A stretch of DNA of 64,000 nt, taken from positions 194,184,001 to 194,248,000 of the forward strand of contig OZ024742.1 in the NCBI GenBank assembly GCA_964016885.1. Reading direction: 5' to 3'. The first letter of the stretch is position 1, and each line of letters starts with the position of its first letter. Shown here one piece after another: positions 24,260-37,595 of the stretch. The translations under genes were made by a program, and so were the position numbers. Source of the DNA: Eledone cirrhosa. Lineage: Eukaryota. Below the pieces are notes generated by a model. That model ran no database searches. It saw only the letters and a list, made by a program, of their open reading frames with translations, and was not told where the DNA came from.

Positions 24260-27200
24260 CAGTGGGCTATACATGAAAGGGTGCGCCCAGTTGTATGTGT
24301 CTACAGAGATGTTGTTACGTTGCGAACATGGATCAATCCAGGTATGGATTCTTCAGGCAAAGCCACATAATGGGCGTTCATGGTATTACAGTACATAGTA
24401 TGCGCCGACTGTACATAGAAAATGCGTGCAGAATATATATAAAAAAGAAGGAACGTGTATGCATATGAGATAGTACACAAGATAAATATGAGATACACAC
24501 GTGGGTCTGCATACGGAAAATACATTAGGTGTTACAAAATGGAATGCGTGGAGAGTATGCACTCTCCACTGAAAAGATACACATGCAGGGGGTGCGTAGA
24601 CCGGCCATACTGGAGTACGTCACTGTGGTTGAAGTATAGTGTCTTATTGGTGTAATATCAATTGACTGAATATCAATGGAATATCAATGGAATCCGGGTA
24701 AACCTGTCCCGGCTCAGGCGATGTTTTTTTTCCCAGGGTCACGTGCAGAGTCGGGTTGGCATCCTGAGTTATTTCGGCTTACTCCACGGGGCATATATAG
24801 TAAACAGGCTATGGTGTCTGATCCCTTGAACCCGTTTCGCCGCTCTGGTCGGCGCACGCTCCTCCACATGCCTTTAGCTTGGGCTGCCCGGTGGATTCCA
24901 TGCGGAGAGTGTGCACCTTCTCTGGTGTCTGCACGTCATGATCATTTCCGATTTCAGGTTGACCGCATCATCCTTCAGTCTGACTATCTCCATGGCCTCG
25001 GATAGGCATAGCCTACACTTTCTATTTCCAGCCGAACATGCATTCGCGTGCCGAACGATACTCCAGTTGAGGGCATACGGGGTGCCTTTGTCTTTCAAGT
25101 ACCACACCAGGTCTGCCAGCCTAGTAGAGTGCCTCTTGCTCCGATCCTTGAAAGAGTTTGTGTGGTTATACATACGCGATTTAAAGGTGGTGGATGTTGC
25201 GCCAATGTAGGTGCGCTTTATATTGTTCGTGCTAACCACACATTTATATACCAAGCCCTTCGTTAGGCATCTTCCCTGCAGAGGGCACTGTGTGCCCCCT
25301 CTGCAGTTGCACGTTCTGTCGTTATATTGTTCATTTCGGACGCCTGGTCCTTGATCTTCCACGGCCCTCTCCCGATTCTCTGGGTGTTGTTCTGCCGACG
25401 CGGTGGTCTCCCTTCCGCCACTCATTTCCGCCCGGCGTAGGATTGTATCGTCTTCCGCGGGCGTGGCGGCTGCCGCATGGGCCGGGTTGTAGTTGGAAGA
25501 TCGTGTCTGCACGGGGCCCTCCGGGCTCCGATGGACGCTAATTCTGCCGGCGCGGTTGATGGTCGAGGTTACCCATCTTTGCCGCGTTGGATTTGGCCAT
25601 GTAATCTGCCATGTTAGATGCGGTGGAGAGGAGAATTTCACGGTGTGGCGGTTGAACATTTTGTGGTATCTGTTCGACAGCGGGAAGCACTCGTCCAACG
25701 CCCGGAAGAAGAGACCTGGTACATTGCTGCATTACATGCTTAGAATACGGCGCGTTAAACCATGTAATGTCATTAGACCTTGTCTTGTTCCTTCGTATGT
25801 GTGTAGTAGCGTGAATGTGTGTGGGGTCAGGTGTCCGTCTCGGGTTTTGCCCGCCCTTTATTTCGTCCCCTATGTTGCCGCTATCCATATCTCTACCTTG
25901 GGCGTCGGAGTTACGCCGTTCGCTTCCTGAGGTACTCCATGTTGTATTGTCAGCTCTACTGTTAGTCGCGTTAATACTGTGTGGTGTTGTTGTCGGGGCT
26001 ATATCATTGCTATAGGGCCCGGTAATACCTCTACTGTGTTACACAGCCGTACTTGTCATTACCCTGTCCTTAGTTCTAGTTTCCTCGACGCATGTGGTGC
26101 GCGTGCCGGGCTTCTGTCTACGCGTACTGTGTCTGGCGCCCGTGCGTGTATTCGTCTGTCTTATTGTCGATATTGTCTCCTTGTGGCGATTTATGCTGCT
26201 ACTCGTCTTCCTGGAAGCTAGTTCGGGGTCATTCCGTCTACCTATGGATATACTACAGCTATTGTCGTATCCGCATGCATCGGTGCTAGGCACTTCCCTG
26301 TCCGTTGTGTACACTATGGTTTCTGTGTAACGGGCCCTGTGCAGTGCCTCATTATAATAGTCGGCGTGCTGGTTGAACATGTCTGCTTTGGCCGACAGGG
26401 TGGTTACGCGTTTGGAGACCCCTTTAACTATTGCTTCTATGACTGACTTGGTGTAGTTCGATTGCCTGTTCACATATTGCAGGTTTCATTGGGCTTGTGA
26501 TAAGGTCGGTGTATGCCCGTATTCATTTCCAGGGTAACGTCCAGGAAATTCACCGTCTTAGTGCTAGAATATATCATTACGGATAAGTCGTGTTGCTTAA
26601 TAAAGTGCGATATGCGCTTCCTTATACGCTCCAGCTGGCTGGGGTTTAGGGAACGGAAGGTAAAAAATGCGTCGTCTCTGTATATTCCTCCGCCGATCCC
26701 TGGAATCTCCTCCACTAATCTTTGGAGGAGATAGATTCCCACCAGGTCCGTCACCTGCGCAGAGTCGCTCGACCCCCATAGTAATGTCAAAACTGTCGGG
26801 CCTGTCCCTCCTCTCCCATAATTTATCTTCGAAGCTAATTAGCGTCTTTCTCGCTGCCATTATGAGGCTTGCCTCCTTCCTAGTGAGGTTCGACTTGGCC
26901 ATGGTGCTCATGAGGGCCTTGTTCACGATTACTGGTGATACTAACGCGTAGTAATTAGCTATGTCTAATTGAATAAAATTTACCTGCTATTTGCTATCTA
27001 TTAGCGAGAACCAGTCAATTACCTCCTTGGTGGAGGTCCATAAGCTATGCCTAGTTTTGTTCCTAAGTACCGGTAGTATCCTGTCTATGATATTCTTACT
27101 GGTCCTACCTATGTTCGATTTGGAGGGTGTTATTAGCCCTACAGGTAGAGTAGTTATAAAGTCTAAGTTATGATATTTAATGGATATCCGTGGTTTTCTG

Positions 27201-27857
27201 GGTGCATATTGTTCTGTCCTATCATCTATTCCTAGCCCAGTCATTATTTTTTTGGTCGTGGCATTAATGTTATCTAAGTTGCCCTTTCCTGTAGTCCTGT
27301 AGTTTTTTCCTAACTTCTTTCCCGATGCAGTCGTTGTATGTAAATAGGTTATGCATGTATACATTACCAGTTTTGTCCGAGGGCACAAGTAAATCCGGGC
27401 ATTCTTCCATGCTTTTGATTGTGGAGCTCAATCTCCGGAGGTAATCAGTATGTCGTGTATAATTCCTTCAGATTTGATGTTTCGGACGATGCTGACGATA
27501 CGGTTTTCAAATTCTTCCAGCTTTGCGTGATGCGGTGGGTGTCGTCTTGATCTAAAGATCCGTTTTAGGCGGTCCTGAGGATTACCGTGTGTCGGTTGCT
27601 GTGTCCTTCTGTCATCGTGAAATGTGCGCCATCTCATGCGTCTAACGAAAGAGTTGGTGTGCTGTAGCAGTAGGCTCATGTATGTCTTTTCAGAAGGGAT
27701 GAGGATGTCCTTTCAAGAGCAAGAGTAATGGAATTTTTCCGTGGCGAATCGCTGTAAGCGCTCTACTTATAGAGGAGCGTATTTTATATATGTCTGATGG
27801 TAGCTAAGATGCTTCCATAGGCGGTTTGCCGGTTGAGCACTCTATGCTCTTAACGAG
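24260..27857 (-). mobile_element. Penelope-like element of the Naiad type, near full length, frameshifted
   Basis: FVRRMRWR, LITPSKSNIGRTSK, FDITMG/SSDSAQVTDLVG, IYRDDAF, FLDVTL, PYHKPN, ITWFNAPYS, CNCR..CPLQGRCL, LVYKC..YIGAT, CRLCLSE, LKSEMIMTCRH; stop at 24874. Confidence 0.88.
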
Positions 27858-27864
27858 TATATAC

Positions 27865-27925
<61 letters not shown>

Positions 27926-27951
27926 AATATGTATTTATATATATATATATA

Positions 27952-28043
<92 letters not shown>

Positions 28044-28056
28044 TGTATATATATAC

Positions 28057-28116
<60 letters not shown>

Positions 28117-28119
28117 ATA

Positions 28120-28290
28120 TATTAATTTGGTATCCTTGAAATATGTATAATGAAATAGATATGGTTTTATAAATATAGTTTCCATTTATTAATATCGTAT
28201 ATCTACTCCAAATACTTGTCGAGTGCTTTATATCAGTTATAAAAATATTTACTTGTTGTATCCCAACAATTGTAAATGGAACTTTTGCAT
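28120..28290 (+). mobile_element. 3' pLTR-like fragment in (TA)n, same family as 38560-38740, 38900-39010 and 33920-33958
   Basis: Shared GGTTTTATAAATATAGTTTCCATTT, plus TTGGT.(T)CCTTGAAATAT in the longer copies. Confidence 0.7.
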
Positions 28291-28357
28291 ATATATATAT
28301 ATATATATATGTGTGTATATATATATATATATACATGTGTATATATATATATATATA

Positions 28358-28521
<164 letters not shown>

Positions 28522-28614
28522 TATATATATATAATTGGAAATCAGTAAACTCGAATCTCTGGCGGTTTGCAAGTAAATTCGGCCCACTTATATGAAGTGA
28601 TGAGTTAGCAAAGC

Positions 28615-28682
<68 letters not shown>

Positions 28683-28764
28683 GTTATTCCGGGTTGAATC
28701 GGAGGTAACCACAGTAAGTAAGGTACTCAATACATAGCAGAGTATAAAGGTTTTAATATAGATG

Positions 28765-28815
28765 AGATTCTACAGGACTAGAACTGTTTCATTCATTAGA
28801 AATCATCAGGAATCT
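28765..28815 (-). ncRNA. Type I hammerhead ribozyme (mirror copy)
   Basis: Reverse complement of 29474-29524. Confidence 0.88.
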
Positions 28816-29473
28816 GGGTATCAAAAAATAAATATGGTATTTATAGGTCTCTACAAGTGGTAGGAGAGGGTGGGGAGTGGGATGGGTGCAGGTCATTGGT
28901 TGATAGAGAAGGGAATTCATTAAAGGCTAATTCTACATAGCTATAGTTAATTTATATTTATTTATGTTTTTAGAGTAACAAAGGCAGACAGAAATCTATA
29001 AACAAGTTCCGGATGGCATACCATTCCTTGTCAATAAGTTTCTCTTAAGCTAGCAGATGTCTATAAAATCAGTAGGGGGTCATTCATGCTCGATAGAATT
29101 AAAGAAAAGGGAGATTCTTTAAAAGCTAAAGTCATTAAGTTCTGCAGAACTTAATGACTTTAGCTTTTAAAGAATCTCCCTTTTCTTTAATTCTATCGAG
29201 CATGAATGACCCCCTACTGATTTTATAGACATCTGCTAGCTTAAGAGAAACTTATTGACAAGGAATGGTATGCCATCCGGAACTTGTTTATAGATTTCTG
29301 TCTGCCTTTGTTACTCTAAAAACATAAATAAATATAAATTAACTATAGCTATGTAGAATTAGCCTTTAATGAATTCCCTTCTCTATCAACCAATGACCTG
29401 CACCCATCCCACTCCCCACCCTCTCCTACCACTTGTAGAGACCTATAAATACCATATTTATTTTTTGATACCC

Positions 29474-29524
29474 AGATTCCTGATGATTTCTAATGAATGA
29501 AACAGTTCTAGTCCTGTAGAATCT
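29474..29524 (+). ncRNA. Type I hammerhead ribozyme
   Basis: agattc-CTGATGA-T-TTC-taat-GAA-T-GAAACAG-ttctagtc-CTGTA-gaatct; all three helices pair; GUA cleavage triplet. Confidence 0.88.
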
Positions 29525-29538
29525 CATCTATATTAAAA

Positions 29539-29589
<51 letters not shown>

Positions 29590-29618
29590 ATATATGTATA
29601 TATATTTATACAGATATA

Positions 29619-29737
<119 letters not shown>

Positions 29738-30564
29738 AAATATAAATATATATAGTAATAATAATAAAGTTGAAGACCACATCTTACACAAAAAATCTGA
29801 GGCAATTTCGGCTTGTAAACATAAATTGCACAAAACTCTCCTGTATTACAGCCCCACATTATATCCTAACGGATAGTACGAACTATACGCGGACACTTTA
29901 CGTCTTGATGTGGTAGCTAAGTATATATTATGTTTATACCATTACTTATTTGTATAGGTAAGTATATATTAACTGTATGTTTTGTGAAGGTATGTATACA
30001 TTCTCGTACGTATATTTGCTTGTATATGTTATAGGCGTATATATTATATTATATATACTGGTACAATTGCATATGGTTATGTGTATACGTGAGTTTTGCG
30101 TATGTTTGAGTATGCGGTTTCGTATGTATGTAGGGTGTATGTATACGTGTACTTTGTATTTTGGTTGACGTACATTTCGCGAACATATGTGTATTTACAT
30201 GTAGGTTGTGTGTGCGCGCGTTATATATGTATTTATGTGTGTATATTTATATACACATAATGACGTATTATCTTCGTTTATTCCGTTCATTGCCAGAGAA
30301 CGTCTCCACGAACCACCTAATAGAATATTAGTCTACGACTTCATTTATACCATAAACGTGGTTTCGTCTTTGCGTATTATTGTTTTCACCGCTCCAAATA
30401 ATGACGTATCATCTTCGTTCTTTTCCGTTCTTTGCCAGGGAACGTTTCCTCGAACCAAAGGATCCTCTACCTATCTTCCTTCGGTTGCAACTTTTTTCGA
30501 AATATTTACTTCTGCGTTCACATATTGATTTATTTAGTTACAGAAGATCCCGTTATTTTAATAA

Positions 30565-30652
<88 letters not shown>

Positions 30653-30654
<2 letters not shown>

Positions 30655-30900
30655 CAGATTTAGGAAGTAACTACATGGTTGTGTCAAATAGGCATACACC
30701 CACTCATGCAAATGGACTGAAGAGAGTGAGGCTCAATGTGTTTAGGTATTTACAGATGCAGGGAAAGTCATTTTAAACGTGGAGGAATTGTTACATTTTT
30801 AACACAGAGCATATAAAACTAATTAAGATGAGATAATTTCGTAAATTACTTAATACTTACAATTGTTTCGACAGGCACTTTTCATTAAACGCTATATAAT
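30653..30900 (-). mobile_element. Decayed pLTR-like fragment with a partial hammerhead
   Basis: Minus strand reads GAAAC-AATT-GTA near 30858-30869; the CTGANGA box is degenerate; abuts (TA)n. Confidence 0.45.
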
Positions 30901-30920
30901 CCATAATGATAAGACTTGTG

Positions 30921-31312
30921 TTAATAATTGTTTCTACTTTTGGCACATGGCCAGCAATTAACCAGTACATTACTGGTACTTTATTTTATCGACCCCGTAA
31001 GGATGAAAGGCAAAGTTAACCTCGGCGGGATTTGAACTCAGAATGGCAAGGGCCGTAACTCTATGCGTCAAAGCATGGCGTCCAACCCTCTACCGATACT
31101 GCCAATTCACCTTAATAATAATGATTATAATTGTTTCTGCTTTTGGCACAAGGCCAGCAATTATTCCAGTGCATTACTTGTGCCTTATTTTATCGCCCAC
31201 GTATGGATGAAAGGCAATCTCGGTAGGTTTTCAACTCAGCGTAAAGGGACATAAATCTATGCTTGCAAAGCATGGCGTCAGATCTACTACCGATACTGCC
31301 AAATTGCTTATA
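30921..31312 (-). mobile_element. Two head-to-tail copies of the tRNA-derived SINE
   Basis: AATTGTTTCT.CTTTTGGCAC..GGCCAGCAATT..GGATGAAAGGCAA..CTCGG..AACTCAG occurs twice. Confidence 0.85.
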
Positions 31313-31340
31313 ATCACAAAACAGAACAAACAAATTTCAT

Positions 31341-31570
31341 CTAGTGCAGATATAACAAACAGCGGCCCGCGGGTTGCATGCGGCACTTCACAAGCACGCC
31401 CACAGCCCGCACAAAGGTTGTTACAGCGCGAGCATGTTTTATCTTCGTAATATAAAATATAAAATTTAGGTGTAATGTGCGCAATTAGTTGTCGTGTGTG
31501 GCCCTCAGACAACCCATACGTGACTCATGCCTGTTCTTATCTATAGAAAAGTAATTTTCTATTTGCACCT
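31341..31570. mobile_element. Possible hAT-type MITE remnant
   Basis: CGGCCCGCGGGTTGCATGCGGC subterminal motif and weak terminal inverted match (TAGTGCAGA / TTTGCACCTA). Confidence 0.4.
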
Positions 31571-31784
31571 AAACAATATGCTAGGGCATCAATTGGACTA
31601 TGATATGTTGAAACCCAACCCACTATCACCTGCACACCTTCATAAAGAACATATGTATAAGAAGAAATGTTGACAGAAAATGTACGTGTTGTAACTTACA
31701 GAATATTTGAACAAGACTTTTTATTTGAAATGATTGACGTACCAATTGAAACCTGTAGCATTTGACAAATTTTAAATCAATTTA

Positions 31785-32522
31785 ATGTAACAATTATACA
31801 ACTATTCATGTAACAATTATACAACTATTCATGTAACAATCATACAACTATTCATGTAACAATTATACAACTATTCATGTAACAATCATACAACTATTCA
31901 TGTAACAATCATACAACTATTCATGTAACAATTATACAACTATTCATGTAACAATCATACAACTATTCATGTAACAATCATACAACTATTCATGTAACAA
32001 TCATACAACTATTCATGTAACAATTATACAACTATTCATGTAACAATCATACAACTATTCATGTAACAATTATACAACTATTCATGTAACAATCATACAA
32101 CTATTCATGTAACAATCATACAACTATTCATGTAACAATCATACAACTATTCATGTAACAATCATACAACTATTCATGTAACTATCATACAACTATTCAT
32201 GTAAGAATTATACAACTATTCATGTAACAATCATACAACTATTCATGTAACAATTATACAACTATTCATGTAACAATCATACAACTATTCATGTAACAAT
32301 CATACAACTATTCATGTAACAATCATACAACTATTCATGTAACAATCATACAACTATTCATGTAACAATCATACAACTATTCATGTAACAATCATACAAC
32401 GGTTCATGTAACAATTATACAACTATTCATGTAACAATCATACAGCTATTCATGTAACAATCATACAACTATTCATGTAACAATCATACAACGGTTCATG
32501 TAACAATTATACAACTATTCAT
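31785..32522. repeat. 23-bp minisatellite, about 32 copies
   Basis: Unit AACTATTCATGTAACAAT(C/T)ATAC with no spacers. Confidence 0.97.
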
Positions 32523-32637
32523 TCTCTCTGTTTAAAGAAAAATCTATAAATATACCCATGTGCTTTGTCACTTTTACTTTTTAACTATTATTTTTGATTT
32601 GTATAGATTTATACCTACTTTGTCAACTCTCTCTCTC

Positions 32638-32746
<109 letters not shown>

Positions 32747-32832
32747 CTTTTCATATAAAGGTGTATATAAAAAAATCAATATGTATAAATATATGTGTAT
32801 ATATATATATTGATATATATACATATATATAT

Positions 32833-32881
<49 letters not shown>

Positions 32882-33045
32882 CAAAGGAAATGTGGTAAGG
32901 AACCAGGTGGACCATAACGCACCAAAGTACTCAAGAGTGGGTAATAGGTACAAGTAAGACTTACTTGTTCCTATATATATGTATATATATGTGTGTTTGT
33001 TTGAGTGTGATCGTATATGTATATGTGTATATATATAGCTATAGT

Positions 33046-33084
<39 letters not shown>

Positions 33085-33227
33085 ATATATATTGAAATAC
33101 ATATTATAAAATAAATATGAACGGAAAAAAGGAAACGAAATTTCATTTCCGAATCTTAGTACGGCTGTTACTTAAATATAAGGAAAGCATATACTTTCGG
33201 ACGTTCAACTATACTGCAGGAAGGTAT

Positions 33228-33270
33228 ACGTTGCTGACGATAGCTAACAAGCTTGAAACTAGTACAGCGT
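33228..33270 (+). ncRNA. Minimal type I hammerhead ribozyme
   Basis: acgttg-CTGACGA-T-AGC-taacaa-GCT-T-GAAAC-TA-GTA-cagcgt; palindromic helix III ACTAGT. Confidence 0.88.
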
Positions 33271-33655
33271 TCCTTTGTCAGTGTTGAACAAACGAGAAAC
33301 GGTGGTTGCTAGACACTACGGCTTAATACGGGATGTTTGTTTACAAACACACCGAGCATTATAATAAATGTTCGGTGAATCCATACATACATATATATAT
33401 ATGTGCATGTATGTATATATATATACATACTACTGTACGTCTGTATACATATATGTATGTACGTGTACATACTTATATTTAAGTAACAGCCGTAGTAAGA
33501 GTGGGAAATGAAATTTCGTTTCATATTTTCCTTTTATCGTTTTCGGTGCACCCGGCCGATTAACCCACTCGATATGCAATTTGGGCTACTCAGCCGTTAA
33601 TATGCATAAGGAAAGTATATACTTTCGGACGTTCAACTATCTGGCAGAAAGGTAT

Positions 33656-33698
33656 ACGTTGCTGACGATAGCTAACAAGCTTGAAACTAGTACACCGT
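33656..33698 (+). ncRNA. Minimal type I hammerhead ribozyme (second tandem copy)
   Basis: Same core as 33228-33270; helix I 3' strand reads caccgt. Confidence 0.85.
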
Positions 33699-33959
33699 TC
33701 CTTTGTCAGTGTTGAACAAACGAGCAACGGAGGTTGCTAGACACTACAACTTAATACGAGATGTTTCTTTACAAACACACCGAGCATTATAATAAATGTT
33801 TGGTGAATCCATACATACATATATATATATGTGTGTGCATGTTTGTATATGTATATACATACTACTATACGTCTGTATACATATATATATGTACGTATAC
33901 ATACTTATATTAAAATAAATATTGTTTTATGAATACAGTTTCCATTTATTAATATATTG

Positions 33960-33996
<37 letters not shown>

Positions 33997-35830
33997 ATAT
34001 TCATATATATGTATATGTGTGTGCGTGTGTGTGTCTTGCTGGCTGATTACACAATAATAATACACACACGACATCTCGCGAAATAGAAACAATGCCAACA
34101 ACAACATCAATAAAAATAATAATACAATTTTGATTAAGAATTATGTGATATGTTTTAATTTTCGCCTACAATATTCAATTATACGGATTCCCTGACCTAT
34201 CAAAAAGACACTGGGATCGATAGCGAAAAAAGTAATTTTTAGTTTTGTTTAATTAAACAGCAACTCAATTAAAATTCTCTCGTCGTGTGACAATGCAACA
34301 CAGTACAGTATCAATCATGATATATTACTGATCGAATGTGGTAGCCATTTATTTCGTTGAGGTCAATCAGGTGATGGGTCATAGTGTTGAGACAGAGACC
34401 CACCGACAGGCATGCACAACGATCACGTTACAGAGTGATAAAGATTAATAGTAAGAGAGGGATAGAGAAAAAGAGAAGATATATGATTGAGCCTTTCTCT
34501 CTCACCTACGCTCTTCGTCTTTCTTCTTCTCTCTCTCCCTCTTTTTCTACGAGCTGCGCTCATTTCTTTCTCCGCCTCTATCTCTCTCGCTCTCTCTCTC
34601 CCCTCCTTCTCCCTCTCTCTTACTCTTTCTCACTTTTTCTTCCTTACTGGTTCGAACAAACACAAGGGTAATGTTATTCATTGTGGAAAACAATGTATTT
34701 TTCTAAAGAGTAAGCATGGCCGAATATTTAAGGAATTCATTGCACAAATATTTGATCTTGAGTTCGATCCGCCTGCGTAATATCTTGAGTAAATGGCATT
34801 TACTATACCCTCGTTGACTTATTTCGTAATAGTAGTGGCATTCAGAAATATATTGGGGCGGTGGTTATAGAGATAGAGGATTATAAATGTAAAATCAAGG
34901 GAGGTAATTCGGTATGTTGTTAGAAAGAAACATGAAGATATTCTTGAGAATCGAACAGGAGCAAAGGTTCGGCGGCCTATCGTGTAGATAAATGGGAGAA
35001 TACTGTGAAAGATGGAATTTTTCGAGGAGGGTCCTTGTGAAAATAATTAGGACAGATCGACAGTGAGTGCGTTGAGTCAATGGCATTCCACATTTTTATC
35101 CTGTTGTGGATGAAATTTTCCAGTTTTTAAATATAAATTTGTATTGCGGGAGTCATTGAAGAAGTCGTCTCTTGTGTTTAGAAAGTTTCAGAAGTTGTGT
35201 GCTTGTTTCAGTTTAATGCATCGTATAACACGTCATCGAATTATTCTAATATCATCGGGAACATTCTAGGATCAACCCACTCAAAGGGAAAGTGTTTGCA
35301 ACTGTCTTTGACACCCAAAACGCTGGGTTTGACCGAGAGAAGAACTATACTAATGAATATATATAAAGGAAAGTATCATATGTCTGTTTCTGCTGCCTGT
35401 TTTATTATGCGTGTCAGCATGCGTTAAGGAGAGAGAGAGACTTACAGAAAGAGGAGGAGATGTGTTAAAAACCCACCATAAGTTTTCCAGTATGCACAAC
35501 AGACAAGGTTTAGCTGTGAATAAATCTAATAGCGAATTAGAGCGGGACGGCGATTATTAGAAAACTATTGTACGATGAAAGTCTGTAATGAAGACATGCA
35601 AATGCATAATGTTCATTTTATTCATGACTGTGGGGATTATAGCCTCTGATATTTACTATTATCACTATGATTGTTATTGTTGTTGTAGTAGTTGTTGCTC
35701 TTCTTCTTCTTCTTCTTCTTCTCATTATTATTATTATTATTATTATACATCAATATTCATATCATCGATTCTTGTGGTGGGATTTTTACCAAGGTTCAGA
35801 ACGCTTATTGTTAGCCACACAGTGCTCTCC

Positions 35831-35996
<166 letters not shown>

Positions 35997-36001
35997 GTAA
36001 G

Positions 36002-36052
<51 letters not shown>

Positions 36053-36339
36053 GTGTGTTGGGGGCGGGGTATGCGTAAATATGCATACAGCCATAATTTA
36101 TTGATATATACATTTATATATCTGTTTCTTAGGTTCTTTGAAATGTTCCTATAGAGTTGTAAGTAAGACAACTATATCATTGTGGTTTAGATAATAGCAC
36201 CAACAACACTGGCCTAGACATGTATTGCATCATTTCACTCTACTGCTAAGAATTCTGTGTATATATATCTGTGTGTATAGGTACCTGTGTTTGTGTGTGT
36301 ATGTGTGTTTAAGCATCTGTGTTTGTGTGTGTGTGTATC

Positions 36340-36600
36340 TCCGTCTGAAAAGCGGGCTTTATTGCTTACGATATTCGCCTCATGCCTGCACATTTGTAAA
36401 TCCGTTTACTTGTGGTGTGTTGTGCCCTTCAGCAAGACACATTACTTCCCGTTGCTGCAATCCATCCAGCAGGGCTATTGAACTGTACTCAAAATTAAAA
36501 GGACCAGCCTTGTCAGGCATTCTGTCCCGCTGAATTTACCTTAGAATAACGTGGTGTACACATGTCAGGAGAATACTCAGTCACTACATGTTGATCGAAC
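36340..36600 (+). mobile_element. Decayed SINE of a second family
   Basis: GTGTTGTGCCCTTCAGCAAGACAC core; related sequence on the minus strand at 37385-37595. Confidence 0.5.
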
Positions 36601-37384
36601 AACATTGAAACTGATGGAGATCCATCGTTTCTCTTACTATATATATGTGTGAATATTCGCATGAGTGTGTAATGTGTGAATGTGTCTGTCTTTGTGTGTG
36701 TATGAATATCTATGTCTATGTGTTTCTTAACTTTCGAATTTATCTGTATGGATATGTGTGTGTGTGTGTGTGTGTGGAGTGTGTGGGGGGGGGGGGGGGG
36801 GGGGGTGACACGTCACAGTTTCTTTTTTATTAATAACTGTCATATTTAGTTACTACTTTTCTGTTTTGACAGTTTCAGAGTTGTAATAGTTTTTGCAGCT
36901 GCTAACCCCAGACCGACTTTGATCAAGCAGAAACCTTTGTTTAAAGTAATTCCAATCATGACCATTCCATCTTGATAACATTGATGTGTTATATGATATC
37001 GTATGTGACTTTTTCGTTTTACATTTTTATAATAGATCAACTGAAGATGTACAAATTGACATACTCAAGGACAGAGTTTGGTCCTTGGATTAGGTGTCAA
37101 GCTCTGTCTTTGAACATAGAGCATTATCTTATGTAGCTTCTGTCAAATCAACAATTTTCTTTAGAAAAGAAAAATGAGAGTGGTATGGATGTGCAAGCAA
37201 AATATATTGTGACGTATAGAAAAATATGAAAAACATAATGAAGAATAAAGAAAGAAGAAAACAATGGAAGGAATAGACAGGCGTACGTGTGTTGAACCTC
37301 CAACGGTTTCGGAGATGAGTGTTTCAGTTGTTCTATTAATGGCATCAACCTGCTCATGGCATCAACATGTTTGTGGCAGAATCC

Positions 37385-37595
37385 TTCCACTTAACGTAAT
37401 TCTCAGCGGTATTCAAAGTGACAGTTTGTGATAAGCCTGGTCATGTACAACCACGGTTAATATATACAACTCATTTGTGTTAGCTGCGTGGAAATAAGTA
37501 ATGTGAAGTAGTGTTTATCATAGGACGCAACGCGCACCCAGGAATCGAACTCACAACCTTACAATTTTGAACCGAACTATATAACCCTAAAACCA
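37385..37595 (-). mobile_element. Decayed tRNA-derived SINE, second family
   Basis: B box GAGTTCGATTCC on the minus strand (GGAATCGAACTC near 37541-37552). Confidence 0.55.

Larger units (their letters stand above)
28748..29541. repeat. Perfect 794-bp palindrome (397-bp arms, no spacer)
   Basis: Centre ..TTCTG|CAGAA.. at 29144/29145; no mismatch noticed by eye. The left arm continues as unique sequence to 28681, then (TA)n. Confidence 0.95.
33120..33912 (+). mobile_element. Non-coding hammerhead element: tandem 428-bp units preceded by a short inverted segment
   Basis: 33180-33480 repeats at 33608-33912; 33134-33181 is the reverse complement of 33472-33521. Confidence 0.85.

Noticed and set aside
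24312-24360. Hammerhead downstream of the Naiad ORF (minus strand)
   Set aside because: CTGAAGA is present but GAAA reads GCAA and the helices are imperfect; plausible relic, not supportable as a feature.
24874-25330. Selenoprotein-type Naiad (in-frame UGA at Cys positions)
   Set aside because: The CNCR/CPL/C positions are ordinary Cys codons here, and no TGA occurs at the equivalent positions at 45423-45467.
30257-30457. ~60-bp direct repeat about 142 bp apart
   Set aside because: A simple local duplication with no associated structure.
31785-32522. CRISPR-like array
   Set aside because: Contiguous 23-bp units with no unique spacers, no cas genes and a eukaryotic context.
34890-35430. Possible ancient LINE remnant on the minus strand
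   Set aside because: No clear motif is recoverable by eye.
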